From contig CAZKUV010000001.1 of the NCBI GenBank assembly GCA_964556075.1, positions 1 through 39,585 on the forward strand: a DNA stretch of 39,585 nt. The letters are read 5' to 3'. Shown piece by piece: positions 17,708-27,381 of the stretch. Numbering within the stretch: the stretch's first letter is position 1; each line of letters starts with the position of its first letter. The DNA comes from an uncultured Candidatus Saccharibacteria bacterium. Its GTDB lineage: Bacteria; Patescibacteriota; Saccharimonadia; Saccharimonadales; Saccharimonadaceae. The position numbers and the translations under genes are program-made. The notes beneath the pieces were generated by a model, which was not told the DNA's origin, did not search any database, and worked only from the letters and a program-made list of their open reading frames with translations.

Positions 17708-18417
17708 ATGAACATTTATATCTTAATGTCTGGCACGGAACCTGCGAATCCGAGCTGAGTCGCTTTCTGTCCTCCCATCTCGACGACGTCGATGTGTTTT
17801 GTCTTCAGGAAACGAACAAAACAAAGATTGAGCGAATCATCTCTACGCTGTTCGATACTGATCGTTTCCTGGCGTCGCACGTCACGAAATACACCGATAC
17901 CGATCGCTTCTACAGCCTCCATACGATCGTACGTCGGCCGCATCAGATTCTTGCAAGCGACGCGCTGTTTGCCGAAGACGACGCCGACACTGGCCAAGCG
18001 CTAGCGACAACGTTGCGAACAAAACACGGCCGCTCGCTTTCAATCGTCAACATCCACGGTGTCCCGTTTCTGAATGACGACAAACGAGATACCGAAGGCA
18101 GACTCCGACAAACAGAAACGGTTATCAGCTGGGTTCAATCTCGAGGCAACATCCCGGCTGTCGTCTGCGGCGACTTCAACCTCTTGCCAGACACAAAAAG
18201 CATCCAAGACTTTACGTCAGCCGGATTTACCAATCTTATTGACGCTTACGACATTCCTACGACCCGTAATCGCCTGGCCTGGGAGAGGTACCCGGACAAT
18301 ATCCAGCTTTTCGCAGACTACGTCTTTACCTCTCCCGACATTGCCGTTACGGATTTTACGGTTCCGGATATCGAAGTTTCTGATCATCTACCTATGTTGC
18401 TCACAGTTAGCTACTAA
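17708..18417 (+). CDS. endonuclease/exonuclease/phosphatase (EEP) family hydrolase, apparent 5' frameshift
   Basis: The main frame (open from 17704) encodes LNVWHGTCESELSRFLSSHLDDVDVFCLQE...VCGDFN...SDHLPML, a typical EEP protein. The only good start (ATG 17708, 10 nt after TGCTATCAT) is in another frame and stops after 16 codons. The track ORF therefore begins only at GTG 17794. Confidence 0.7.
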
Positions 18418-18497
18418 GGTAACGCACGGCGACACCTCCTTCCCCTCTTGTGGTTACCGATATACGAACAATGCGACATGCCCTAGCCACTTCTACG

Positions 18498-18526
18498 TTG
18501 ACTTTCTTCCAGAATAATTATATTGT
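18498..18526 (+). promoter_or_regulatory. putative promoter of the small membrane-protein gene
   Basis: TTGACT (18498-18503), a 17-nt spacer, then TATTGT (18521-18526). Confidence 0.5.
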
Positions 18527-18579
18527 CTACACATCCCTTTACGGGAGAACATTTCGCGGTCCGATTGAAAGGATTCACC

Positions 18580-18810
18580 ATGAATGCGTCGAGCACGAAG
18601 CCCAGAACCGTTCCCCTCGCGTGGGTGGTATTCAAGATCGCGGTACTCCTGGCACTGCTGTTCTACCTTCTTAGCCTCGAGAAGAAAATCGAGGAAGTAG
18701 ACAGTCCGCCAGCCACCATGACGGAGGTCATTCGTACGCCGACTGTTGTCGGCGCGAATACCGACCTTGGCACGCAGTACTCCGATGGTCTGTTCGCTGT
18801 GAGCGCCTAG
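18580..18810 (+). CDS. small single-pass membrane protein (76 aa), hypothetical
   Basis: ATG 18580 is preceded by a GAAAGGA SD. One hydrophobic helix is present (LAWVVFKIAVLLALLFYLLSL). The longer track ORF (18523) has no SD. Confidence 0.5.
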   Translation: MNASSTKPRTVPLAWVVFKIAVLLALLFYLLSLEKKIEEVDSPPATMTEVIRTPTVVGANTDLGTQYSDGLFAVSA

Positions 18811-18884
18811 TCTCCTTCCAAATTACCGACATCGGATTACGTTCGTGAGCAACGCTTTAATTCTTTCAATTTCCTGCCGTACCT

Positions 18885-18928
18885 GCCCCGTACCGACGTC
18901 GAGCGAATCGCTCCGTCTGGTACGGGGC
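18885..18928. other. long near-perfect stem-loop between convergent genes (possible U-tract-less terminator)
   Basis: GCCCCGUACCGACG...CGUC(U)GGUACGGGGC encloses an inner GAGCG-AAU-CGCUC hairpin, giving about 19 bp in total. Neither strand has a U-run after it. Confidence 0.45.
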
Positions 18929-18938
18929 GATTCGATAT

Positions 18939-20018
18939 CTATCCGACAGCAGACTTTAAATACGCCTCTATAAACCCGTCAATCTTACCGTCGAGTACGC
19001 TCTGCGGATCTTTCTCTTCGTATTTCGTCCGGGTATCCTTAACGAGCGAATACGGATGGAGAACATAATTTCGAATTTGACTTCCCCAATTCGCCGACTC
19101 TCCGGCGCGGAGTTCACCGATATTCTCAGCGTGTTGTTCTAGCTGGAGCTGCGCGAGCTTTGATCTGAGGATCTTCATCGCGGTCTCCTTGTTCTGCAGC
19201 TGGCTGCGCTCGTTCTGAATCGCCACGACGATACCCGTCGGGAGATGCGTAACGCGGACTGCACTGTCTGTCGTATTCACACTTTGGCCGCCATGCCCTC
19301 CTGCCCTATACACATCGATTTTAAGATCCTTGTCGCTAATGTCTACTTCCTCGGGAGTATCGATTTGCGGCAATATTTCAATTAGCGCAAAACTGGTCTG
19401 ACGCAAATTATCCGAATTAAATGGACTGAGTCGAACTAACCGATGCACGCCATGCTCGCTCTTCAGCTTCCCGTAGGCGTACGGTCCGGCGATTTCAATG
19501 ACACTCGACTTAATACCGGCTTCCTCCCCTGGTGAGCGCTCGATGATTCTCGCGTCCATCCCGGATTTTTCTGCCCAGCGCAGATACATCCTTTCAAGCA
19601 TTTCCGTAAAATCCTGCGCATCGGTGCCACCGACTCCCGCGCTCAGACGCAAAATAACATTATGTCCATCATATTCGCCATGAAATAGTAAGTCTGCACT
19701 GAGTTCGTCGAGTCGCTGTTCCAATTGATTAAGCTGCGTTTCAAGTTCGGGCACGAGACTTTCATCACCAATAGCAACGAGCTCGCTTATTTCCTCTGCC
19801 TGCGTTCTCAGCGTTGCCCACGGCTCAACCTGACCGCTTAGGGCAGCGGCCTGCTTACTAAGCGTCTGCGCTCGTTCGGTGTCGGACCAGACATTGCTAT
19901 CCGCTAGCTGCTCGTTTGCTCGACTCAGATGTTCCCGCTTCTCATCGAGTTGTAGCCGATTCCAGGCGGAGTCGATTTCACGTTTGAGCTCATCAATTCT
20001 TTTCTCGAGCGGTTGCAT
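18939..20018 (-). CDS. prfB: peptide chain release factor 2 (single uninterrupted frame)
   Basis: The SPF tripeptide (RLSPFNS) and GGQ (GGHGGQSVNTTDSAVRVTHLPTG) are present. No internal frameshift site is needed. Confidence 0.93.
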   Translation of the reverse strand: MQPLEKRIDELKREIDSAWNRLQLDEKREHLSRANEQLADSNVWSDTERAQTLSKQAAALSGQVEPWATLRTQAEEISELVAIGDESLVPELETQLNQLEQRLDELSADLLFHGEYDGHNVILRLSAGVGGTDAQDFTEMLERMYLRWAEKSGMDARIIERSPGEEAGIKSSVIEIAGPYAYGKLKSEHGVHRLVRLSPFNSDNLRQTSFALIEILPQIDTPEEVDISDKDLKIDVYRAGGHGGQSVNTTDSAVRVTHLPTGIVVAIQNERSQLQNKETAMKILRSKLAQLQLEQHAENIGELRAGESANWGSQIRNYVLHPYSLVKDTRTKYEEKDPQSVLDGKIDGFIEAYLKSAVG

Positions 20019-21301
20019 TACCCGTTCGCCTCCGTGAGTGACTCTACCGCGGCGATAAACTGATTGCCTCGATCGACATAGCTACGGTATTGGTCGAAGC
20101 TAGCGCTGGCTGGACTTAGCATAACGACACCTCCAGAAGGGGTGACCCGGCTGGCTGCGCGGACAACATCTCCCATTCCGCCTTCGACCCGCTCGCATGT
20201 GACGCCAAGCTCGGTACAAAGGTCGTGTATGCCTCGACCGGTTTGCCCGACTGCTATGACAACGGTGCCGGTGTCTCGGCACAGTTCGATAATTTGCCTA
20301 TACGACGCGCCCTTATCCGACCCGCCCAAAATGATAGTTTTCGGTCCGTCAAAAGCGCGAATCGCGGCGATAGCGCTCCCTGGTGTAGTAGCAATGCTGT
20401 CGTCGTAGTAACGAACGCCTGCCACCTCTCGGACAAATTTCAGGCGATGCGGCAGTCCGTCGAAACTCCGTAACCCCTCAGCGATGACGTTCGCATCCTG
20501 CACCCATGACCAGACAGCGGTTATGGCGGCACAGGCATTTTCAGCATTGTGAGTACCCGGCAGTTGTAGTTGATCAATTTCACAGAGCATTTCGTCTTGA
20601 TAGTAAAAATACTCGCCGCGTATGTGCGCCGTCCGATTGGAAGGATACGGCAACAACTGACCGACGGATCGTTTCGCGATACTAGTCGCCGGCTCGTTGG
20701 ACGCGTTATAGATTACTCGATCGGTCGTCATCTGGTACTCGGTGATCCTGGCTTTGGCGTCCACATACTCTTCGAAGCTGTCGTGAACGTCAAGGTGGTC
20801 CGGCTCGATTCCAAGCACGACCGCGACTTGCGGTGACTGCTCTACGTCACAGAGCTGGAAGCTAGAAAGCTCGAACACAACTATATCCTCAGGTTTGACA
20901 GTAGCAAGAACTTCGAGCGCCGGCACTCCGATATTCCCGATGAGATGCACCGACTTGTCCGCCGCTCTTAACATAGACGCGATAAGACTGCTGGTGGTAC
21001 CCTTCCCTTTGGTGCCGGTCACCCCGATGATAGGCGCCTCGCATCTCGAGAAGAATTCTCTCGTCTGGCTCCAGACGCGCTTTGCCCCCGTCAGTTTCTT
21101 CGGGCTGATACCTGGGCTCCGAACCACCATGTCGAAGTCAGCAAGCGCGTCGAACGCTCCCTCGCCCAGCCTCGCTTTAATGCCCTCTGGCAGCTCAAGC
21201 GTGACGCGCTCGTCAAGAATCGTGACGTCATGTCCCTGCGTCGCATAGTAATCGTAGCTATTCCTTCCCTCGGCTCCGTAACCGGCTATCGCAACTTTCA
21301 T
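20018..21301 (-). CDS. murD: UDP-N-acetylmuramoylalanine--D-glutamate ligase
   Basis: A Rossmann-like N-terminus (VAIAGYGAEG), the Mur ligase P-loop GVTGTKGKGTT, and the overall length all fit MurD. Confidence 0.9.
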   Translation of the reverse strand: MKVAIAGYGAEGRNSYDYYATQGHDVTILDERVTLELPEGIKARLGEGAFDALADFDMVVRSPGISPKKLTGAKRVWSQTREFFSRCEAPIIGVTGTKGKGTTSSLIASMLRAADKSVHLIGNIGVPALEVLATVKPEDIVVFELSSFQLCDVEQSPQVAVVLGIEPDHLDVHDSFEEYVDAKARITEYQMTTDRVIYNASNEPATSIAKRSVGQLLPYPSNRTAHIRGEYFYYQDEMLCEIDQLQLPGTHNAENACAAITAVWSWVQDANVIAEGLRSFDGLPHRLKFVREVAGVRYYDDSIATTPGSAIAAIRAFDGPKTIILGGSDKGASYRQIIELCRDTGTVVIAVGQTGRGIHDLCTELGVTCERVEGGMGDVVRAASRVTPSGGVVMLSPASASFDQYRSYVDRGNQFIAAVESLTEANG

Positions 21302-21341
21302 TCTTTTTAGTATACCGCACCCGTCTTAGAGTGCTTGTTAG

Positions 21342-22628
21342 TCACTTTTTGTTAAACAGGGTCACTAACTTATCATGCAGCGCGAGCAGCTCTTCGCGCT
21401 CTCCGCTGCTGACTCCGGCCAGCACCCAAATATCGCTGTCGATAAATTCTTTGGAGGTCGCGATAATGCATTCGAGCGACGTCTTCTTAATGGCGTCAGG
21501 TACCTTGTAATAGTCCTTGACTTGGCCATCGAGGAAGTAGCGCCCGGTATAGAAATTACTGATCTGGGCAACCGTCTGCGCTCCCATCTGGTATCGACCG
21601 AGCGCGTAAGATTTCGCACTATCGATTTCCGATTCCTTGATGCGACCGTTTATGACCGAGCGAACTTCGCGGACCATAATATCAAACAGCTGTGGAGCAG
21701 TATCCAAATTGACCTGTCCACCAAAATCCCAACTGCTGTCATGAAAGCCGACGGATGTGTCGGAGAACATACCGTACGCAAGTCCCTTTCGTCTGGCCGC
21801 GCCGTAAATCCGGGAGTGCATCGTGCCGGTCAGAATATGATCAAGCACTTCCATGGCGCCGGATTCTTCGTCGGTCAGCGTTCGCGGCATGACTATTGAC
21901 CAACCAAATGTCAGGTTGGATGCCTCCTTGCGGCGAATCAACGTCGGTCCAGCCTTATGGAGCTCGTCACGTGGTGCCGGCAGCAACTCTCCATCCGGCA
22001 GCTCCCACGATTCCATGTCGCGGATAATTTTCGCCATGCGACCTTTGAGCTTGCCGGCGATAACGAACCTCATGTTTTTGGTGGTATGCGTCCGTTTGTG
22101 GTGCTCCCGCACATCGTCGAGCGTCACGTTCGGTATCGTCTGGAGCCGCTGCCAGAACGTATATACGTCCTCGCCCAAGCTTTGCTGGATTTTTGGCCAG
22201 AGCACACGGTTGTGATTATTCAGATAGCCAGTCAGCTCGCTCTTGACGTTACCCTTCTCGGCTTCGAGCTCCTCGGCGTTGAACTTCGGATGGCAAATCG
22301 CGAGGCGCTGCAAATCGAAAATCCGCTCCCATTCGAAATCCGCGCAGTCAGCCACATACACCATCGACGTGTCACTGGTGTACGCGTTGTGGTACGCGCC
22401 GTTTTTCGTAAACTCAGCCTCATACTCGTGCTCATTCTTAAACCGCGAATTGGCGCCGAACGCCATATGCTCCATGATGTGAGCGGCTTCGTACACCTCT
22501 TTGTCCCGGACGTAGCGGTTACCCGCTCGGAATTGGAACTGAAAACTCATAACAGTGGCGCCGGGGATGTCGATGAGTAGTCCCCGGGCGCCATTTTTTA
22601 GCCTAACTTCCCTAGCAGTGTGCTGCAT
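21342..22628 (-). CDS. M16 (pitrilysin/insulinase) family zinc peptidase
   Basis: The inverted zinc motif HxxEH (HIMEHMAF) lies near the N-terminus. The 428-aa length is typical of this family. Confidence 0.86.
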   Translation of the reverse strand: MQHTAREVRLKNGARGLLIDIPGATVMSFQFQFRAGNRYVRDKEVYEAAHIMEHMAFGANSRFKNEHEYEAEFTKNGAYHNAYTSDTSMVYVADCADFEWERIFDLQRLAICHPKFNAEELEAEKGNVKSELTGYLNNHNRVLWPKIQQSLGEDVYTFWQRLQTIPNVTLDDVREHHKRTHTTKNMRFVIAGKLKGRMAKIIRDMESWELPDGELLPAPRDELHKAGPTLIRRKEASNLTFGWSIVMPRTLTDEESGAMEVLDHILTGTMHSRIYGAARRKGLAYGMFSDTSVGFHDSSWDFGGQVNLDTAPQLFDIMVREVRSVINGRIKESEIDSAKSYALGRYQMGAQTVAQISNFYTGRYFLDGQVKDYYKVPDAIKKTSLECIIATSKEFIDSDIWVLAGVSSGEREELLALHDKLVTLFNKK

Positions 22629-22652
22629 ATCCTACCTACCTCAACAGTCCTG

Positions 22653-25277
22653 CTACTTGCGGCTCTTCTTGCGATTCTGCCGTGCGGCCTTCTTTTTCTT
22701 GCGATTCGCGTTCTTCTGCTTAGCAGCCTGACTCGCTGACTTCCCCTTTTTCACCTTGAAGTCGTCGTCTCGTGTCTGCTCACCCATCGTAATCTCGTTC
22801 ACCCCGGCTTCAACGGCACGTTCGGCGAGACGGGTCAAATCGGTTTCATGTTCTTCTTCGGTCAGGGCGATAACATCGGTCTTCTGGACGTTCATGATTG
22901 CCCGAGACACTTCGGTACGCAGCGCGGCCTGGAGTCCGTCAAACAGTAACTGCGATTCACTGCGGTACTCGACGAGCGGATCGCGCTGACCGATGCTGCG
23001 CCAGTGGATACCTTCGCGGAGGTGCTGCATGTTCTCAAGATGCTGCATCCAGAGCGAGTCCAAAACCTGGAGATACACTTCGCGCTCTACCTTCTGCATG
23101 ACCTCTTCGCCGAGTTCTTTGGTTTTCTTGGTATAGAATTTGGTGACGGCTTCAATCGCCATATCGCGGCGCTTCTTGTCCGACTTCTCCTCGCCGATGG
23201 CAGCTATCTTCTTGTCGCCAATCGGGAAGACCGCCGCGAACTCATCAGCAAATTGCGGATTATTTTTCGCAGGAAGCGCGACCAGTTCGCTGATTTTCTC
23301 TTTTATGAGTCGCTGGATTTCAGGTTCGATATCCTTGCCTTCGAGAATCTTGCGACGGACCTTGTAGACTACTTTGCGATGTCGGTTAATAACGTTATCG
23401 TACTGAACAACATTTTTACGAGTATCAAAGTTGTACCCTTCGACGCGTTTTTGGGCGGCTTCGAGGGTTTTTGATACGGCCTTGTTCTGAATCGGCTGAT
23501 CCTCTTCGACGCCGAGCTTGCCCATAAGGTTCGCGATGCGTTCGCCCTGGAAAATACGCATCAGGTCATCTTCGGTCGAGACGTAGAATTGAGTCTCACC
23601 TGGGTCGCCCTGACGGCCAGAACGACCGCGCAGCTGGTTGTCGATTCGTCGCGACTCGTGCCGCTCGCTGCCGATAACGACCAGACCGCCAAGCTCGACG
23701 ACGCCCTCGCCCAGCTTGATGTCGGTACCGCGTCCGGCCATGTTAGTCGCAAGCGTAATCGCTCCCTTCTCACCGGCTTTCGCGATAATTGCGGCCTCGC
23801 GCTCGTTATTCTTCGCGTTTAAGATCTCATACGGGAGCCCTTCTTTGTCGAGCCAAGCGGCAATCAGTTCGTTCTTAGCGATCGACGGCGAACCGACTAG
23901 CACCGGACGTCCGGCCTTATGATATTCCTTGATCGCGGCGACCATGGACTTGAGCTTGCCGCGCTCGGTCTTGAAAATGAGATCATCGTGGTCAATCCTA
24001 CGAACAGGACGGTTGGTCGGAATCTGTACCACGTCGAGTCCGTAAATCTGCTGGAACTCCTCGGCCTCGGTATACGCGGTACCGGTCATACCGGAGAGCT
24101 TTTCGTAAAGACGGAAGTAATTCTGGAACGAAATCGTCGCCAGCGTCATGCTTTCTTCGCGTACCTGCACGCCTTCTTTGGCTTCGATTGCCTGGTGCAG
24201 GCCTTCGTTGTATCGGCGACCCTGCATGAGGCGTCCGGTGTGTTCGTCAACGATAATAACCTCTCCATCGCTTGTAACGACGTAGTCCTTATCGCGCTTA
24301 AACAGCGTTTCCGCCTTGAGCGCTTGCTCGAGGTGGAACACGGACTGGATATGATCAGGCGTATAGAGATTCTTGACGCCGAGCATCTTCTCGACCTTTT
24401 CAACGCCATCATCGGTCAGCGATACACTGCGGCGCTTTTCGTCGAGGACGTAATCTTCAGGAGTTAACTGAGCGGCAACTCGAGCGAATTTGTAGTAGTA
24501 GTCTGGATTGTCCCCGGCAGGAGCGGAAATGATTAGCGGGGTGCGAGCTTCGTCGATAAGGATGGAGTCGACCTCGTCCACGATCGCGAAATACAGTTCG
24601 CGCTGACGAAGTAGCTCGTCATCGTTAACCATGTTGTCGCGAAGATAGTCAAAGCCGAATTCGTTGTTGGTACCATAGGTTATATCAGCGGCGTACGCTT
24701 CCTTACGTGTAGCCGGGCGGAGGCGCTGCATCCTCGGATCAGTGTGAGATTCGTTCGTAAAATCCTTATCAAATAGGAACGAGGCGTCGTTAATAATAAC
24801 TCCAGTCGAAAGACCAAGGAAATCATACAGCTCGCCCATCCAACCGGCGTCGCGCTGCGCCAAATAGTCGTTTACCGTCACAAGGTGCACGCCCTTGCCA
24901 AGCAGCGCGTTAAGGTATAGCGGCAAGGTTGCTACCAACGTCTTACCTTCACCTGTCATCATCTCGGCGACGTTGCCCTCGTGGAGCACCATACCGCCAA
25001 TCATCTGCACGTCGAAGTGGCGCATCCCAAGCACTCGTGAGGACGCTTCGCGCACCACCGCGAAGGCGTCGGGCAGGATTGCATCGAGCGTTTCCTTCTT
25101 TTTCCCGTGTAGGCGCTCCCGTAAGACATCGGTCTGGGCACGGAGCTCTTCGTCGCTCATCGCCTTATACTTGTCCTCGAGATCGTTAATGACCTTCACC
25201 CGTTTCTTGAGCGCCTTAAGCGTCCGTACCTGCGGATCCCCGAAAACTTTCGTCAATACTTTTTGTCTACTTACCAT
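22653..25277 (-). CDS. secA: preprotein translocase ATPase SecA
   Basis: MTGEGKTL (Walker A), DEVDSILIDEARTPLIIS and TNMAGRGTDI are present. I prefer ATG 25277 (MVSRQKVLTKVFG), which has a GAGG SD, over GTG 25292. The C-terminus is Lys/Arg-rich and lacks Cys. Confidence 0.94.
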   Translation of the reverse strand: MVSRQKVLTKVFGDPQVRTLKALKKRVKVINDLEDKYKAMSDEELRAQTDVLRERLHGKKKETLDAILPDAFAVVREASSRVLGMRHFDVQMIGGMVLHEGNVAEMMTGEGKTLVATLPLYLNALLGKGVHLVTVNDYLAQRDAGWMGELYDFLGLSTGVIINDASFLFDKDFTNESHTDPRMQRLRPATRKEAYAADITYGTNNEFGFDYLRDNMVNDDELLRQRELYFAIVDEVDSILIDEARTPLIISAPAGDNPDYYYKFARVAAQLTPEDYVLDEKRRSVSLTDDGVEKVEKMLGVKNLYTPDHIQSVFHLEQALKAETLFKRDKDYVVTSDGEVIIVDEHTGRLMQGRRYNEGLHQAIEAKEGVQVREESMTLATISFQNYFRLYEKLSGMTGTAYTEAEEFQQIYGLDVVQIPTNRPVRRIDHDDLIFKTERGKLKSMVAAIKEYHKAGRPVLVGSPSIAKNELIAAWLDKEGLPYEILNAKNNEREAAIIAKAGEKGAITLATNMAGRGTDIKLGEGVVELGGLVVIGSERHESRRIDNQLRGRSGRQGDPGETQFYVSTEDDLMRIFQGERIANLMGKLGVEEDQPIQNKAVSKTLEAAQKRVEGYNFDTRKNVVQYDNVINRHRKVVYKVRRKILEGKDIEPEIQRLIKEKISELVALPAKNNPQFADEFAAVFPIGDKKIAAIGEEKSDKKRRDMAIEAVTKFYTKKTKELGEEVMQKVEREVYLQVLDSLWMQHLENMQHLREGIHWRSIGQRDPLVEYRSESQLLFDGLQAALRTEVSRAIMNVQKTDVIALTEEEHETDLTRLAERAVEAGVNEITMGEQTRDDDFKVKKGKSASQAAKQKNANRKKKKAARQNRKKSRK

Positions 25278-25354
25278 CTCAAATAACCTCACTGGTCTAG
25301 TACTAGAGTTAAAACACTATGTAATAGTATACGCTATACCCTGCCTTATAGCCA

Positions 25355-25394
25355 CACAAAAAATATAAAAAACAAGAGGGTCCTAGATGACCTC
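25355..25394 (-). terminator. intrinsic terminator of serS
   Basis: Minus-strand RNA: GAGGUC-AUCUAG-GACCCUC (one bulge, with the stop codon in the loop), followed by UUGUUUUUUAUAUUUUUU. Confidence 0.6.
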
Positions 25395-26624
25395 GCGACC
25401 ACCCATATACGGACGCAGGACCTCGGGAACGGTCAGTGTACCGTCCTCGTTCTGGTAGTGCTCGATAACCGCGATAAGCGACCGGGCAAGACTTACCGCC
25501 GTACCATTTAAGGTGTGCACGTTCTCAAGGCTACCGTCTGCTCTCCGGACACGGATATTAAGCGCCCTCCCTTGGTAATCCGTGCAGTTGCTGCAACTTG
25601 TCAGCTCGCGGAACGTTCCATCGACTGGCGACCAGTACTCGATATCGTATTTTTTCGCCGCTGGCGCGCCAAGATCGCCCGCCGCGATATTGACGACGCG
25701 ATACGGAACACCGATCGCCTGCCAGAGCTCTTCTTCGACAGCCAAAATCTTTTCGTGCATGTCAAGGCTCTGCTCTGGAAGACAGAAAATATACATTTCG
25801 AGCTTATTGAACTGATGCACCCTAAACAGTCCGCGAGCGTGCTTGCCGTACGTACCGGCTTCTTTGCGGTAGCACGGACTGTAGCCGACATACAGTAGCG
25901 GCAGCTGCTCCTCATTTAGAATTTCGTCGGCATGGTACCCGGTAAGCGGCGCCTCGGCGGTACCAATCAGCGTCAAATCCTCGCCGTCGATGACGTACTC
26001 GTTGCCGCCCTCCCCTTTTGGCGTAAACCCGGCGCCTTCCGCCGTGCGCAAATTAACCATATGAGGAACCGTCAGGTAAGTGAAGCCTTTTTTAAGAACG
26101 GTATCGAGGGCGAATTGAGTAATGGCGTTTTCAAGGAGAGCGAGGTCACCCTTTAGGTAATAAAATTTCGCGCCCGCCACCTTAGCGCCGCGCTCGAAGT
26201 CCACCCAATCACGTCGAGTGGCGAAATCCAGATGGTCGACCGCGCCGGTGCGTTGCTCACCCCACGTTTTAATCTCAACGCTGTCTTCTTCACCGCCGAG
26301 CGGGACGTCGTCAAGAATGACATTCGGCACGCTTCGTAGCAGCTCACCAACTTTCCGCTCGGTGCTGGCGAGATACGTTTCTCGTTCGGCGAGCTCCACT
26401 TTGATTTGTTTGCCTTCGTCAATCAGGCTCTGTTCCGGCTTTCCACCCTTCATCTTAGCGGCGTTAGCGTTCCGCTGCTCGCGCAGCGCGTCAACCTGCT
26501 GCTGGAGGCTGCGACGCTCATCGTCAAGTTCAAGTAGTAAGCGGATGTCGACATCGTACCCCTTGTCCTTTGCGCTCTGCTGTACCTTCTCGGCATTGTC
26601 TCGGATAAATCGGATATCTAACAT
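25383..26624 (-). CDS. serS: serine--tRNA ligase
   Basis: The N-terminus is a coiled coil (MLDIRFIRDN...). The class II core has GTAEAPLTGYH, CYRKEAG and NGTAVSLARSL. Confidence 0.95.
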   Translation of the reverse strand: MLDIRFIRDNAEKVQQSAKDKGYDVDIRLLLELDDERRSLQQQVDALREQRNANAAKMKGGKPEQSLIDEGKQIKVELAERETYLASTERKVGELLRSVPNVILDDVPLGGEEDSVEIKTWGEQRTGAVDHLDFATRRDWVDFERGAKVAGAKFYYLKGDLALLENAITQFALDTVLKKGFTYLTVPHMVNLRTAEGAGFTPKGEGGNEYVIDGEDLTLIGTAEAPLTGYHADEILNEEQLPLLYVGYSPCYRKEAGTYGKHARGLFRVHQFNKLEMYIFCLPEQSLDMHEKILAVEEELWQAIGVPYRVVNIAAGDLGAPAAKKYDIEYWSPVDGTFRELTSCSNCTDYQGRALNIRVRRADGSLENVHTLNGTAVSLARSLIAVIEHYQNEDGTLTVPEVLRPYMGGREVI

Positions 26625-26681
26625 ACTCTAGAGTATAGAGCAAAATGGCGTTTCATCCTACAGGCGGCAAACAGGACTCGT

Positions 26682-27374
26682 CTACTTTTTCGGAGCGGCG
26701 CCTTCGACTGACTCGACCCGTCCGTCTTTGAGTCGAACCACCATATCGCATTTCGCGGCCAGCTCGGTATCGTGCGTGACAATAATCAGCGTCACGCCCT
26801 TATGTCGATTGTAGTCGAATAGCAATGTCTCGATTGTCGCGCCAGTGACGCTGTCCAGGTTCCCTGTTGGTTCGTCGGCGAACAAAATCTTCGGTTCGTT
26901 GACGATGGCACGGGCGATAGCCAGGCGCTGCTTCTGTCCCCCGGACAAATCTTTTGCTCGATGCGTTATCTTATCAGTAAGCTCGACGCTTTCGAGCGCC
27001 TGCTTAATCCTTATCTCGCGCCGATGTTTCGGCAGCTTGGCTATTTCGAGCGGTAGGCTGACGTTATCCGCGACCGTCTCATTTGGTTGTACAAAGAAGC
27101 TTTGGAAAATGAATCCGATTTTCTCCGCTCTGAACCGATCGATATCTTTCTGTTTCAGTGTCAGAATATCTTTCCCGTCGATAATCACCTGTCCTGAGTT
27201 CGGTCGGTCCAGTCCGCTCATGACGTGCATGAGTGTCGATTTCCCGCTGCCGGATTTACCGAGGATGGCGACGCTGGCTCCCCTTGGGATATCCAGACTG
27301 ACGTCGCTTAGCGCGGTAAAGATGTTTTGCTTCTTGCCGTATGTCTTGGTAACATTTCGTACTTCTATCATCAT
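26682..27374 (-). CDS. ABC transporter ATP-binding protein (MacB/LolD-like)
   Basis: Walker A is GKSGSGKST, the signature is LSGGQKQR, and Walker B is ILFADEPTGNLD. Confidence 0.92.
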   Translation of the reverse strand: MMIEVRNVTKTYGKKQNIFTALSDVSLDIPRGASVAILGKSGSGKSTLMHVMSGLDRPNSGQVIIDGKDILTLKQKDIDRFRAEKIGFIFQSFFVQPNETVADNVSLPLEIAKLPKHRREIRIKQALESVELTDKITHRAKDLSGGQKQRLAIARAIVNEPKILFADEPTGNLDSVTGATIETLLFDYNRHKGVTLIIVTHDTELAAKCDMVVRLKDGRVESVEGAAPKK

Positions 27375-27381
27375 GACTCTC

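Noticed and set aside
18939-20018. The programmed +1 frameshift site commonly found early in prfB
   Set aside because: The RF2 frame is continuous from the ATG at 20018 through the region equivalent to the usual shift site (AWNRLQLDEKREHL), with no in-frame stop. This gene does not use the autoregulatory frameshift.
22653-22760. Unusual SecA C-terminus (KKGKSASQAAKQKNANRKKKKAARQNRKKSRK) lacking the Cys-rich zinc-binding tail
   Set aside because: The feature is real, but I consider such tail variation ordinary among bacteria, and I saw no SecB gene in this window. It is not evidence of a new system.
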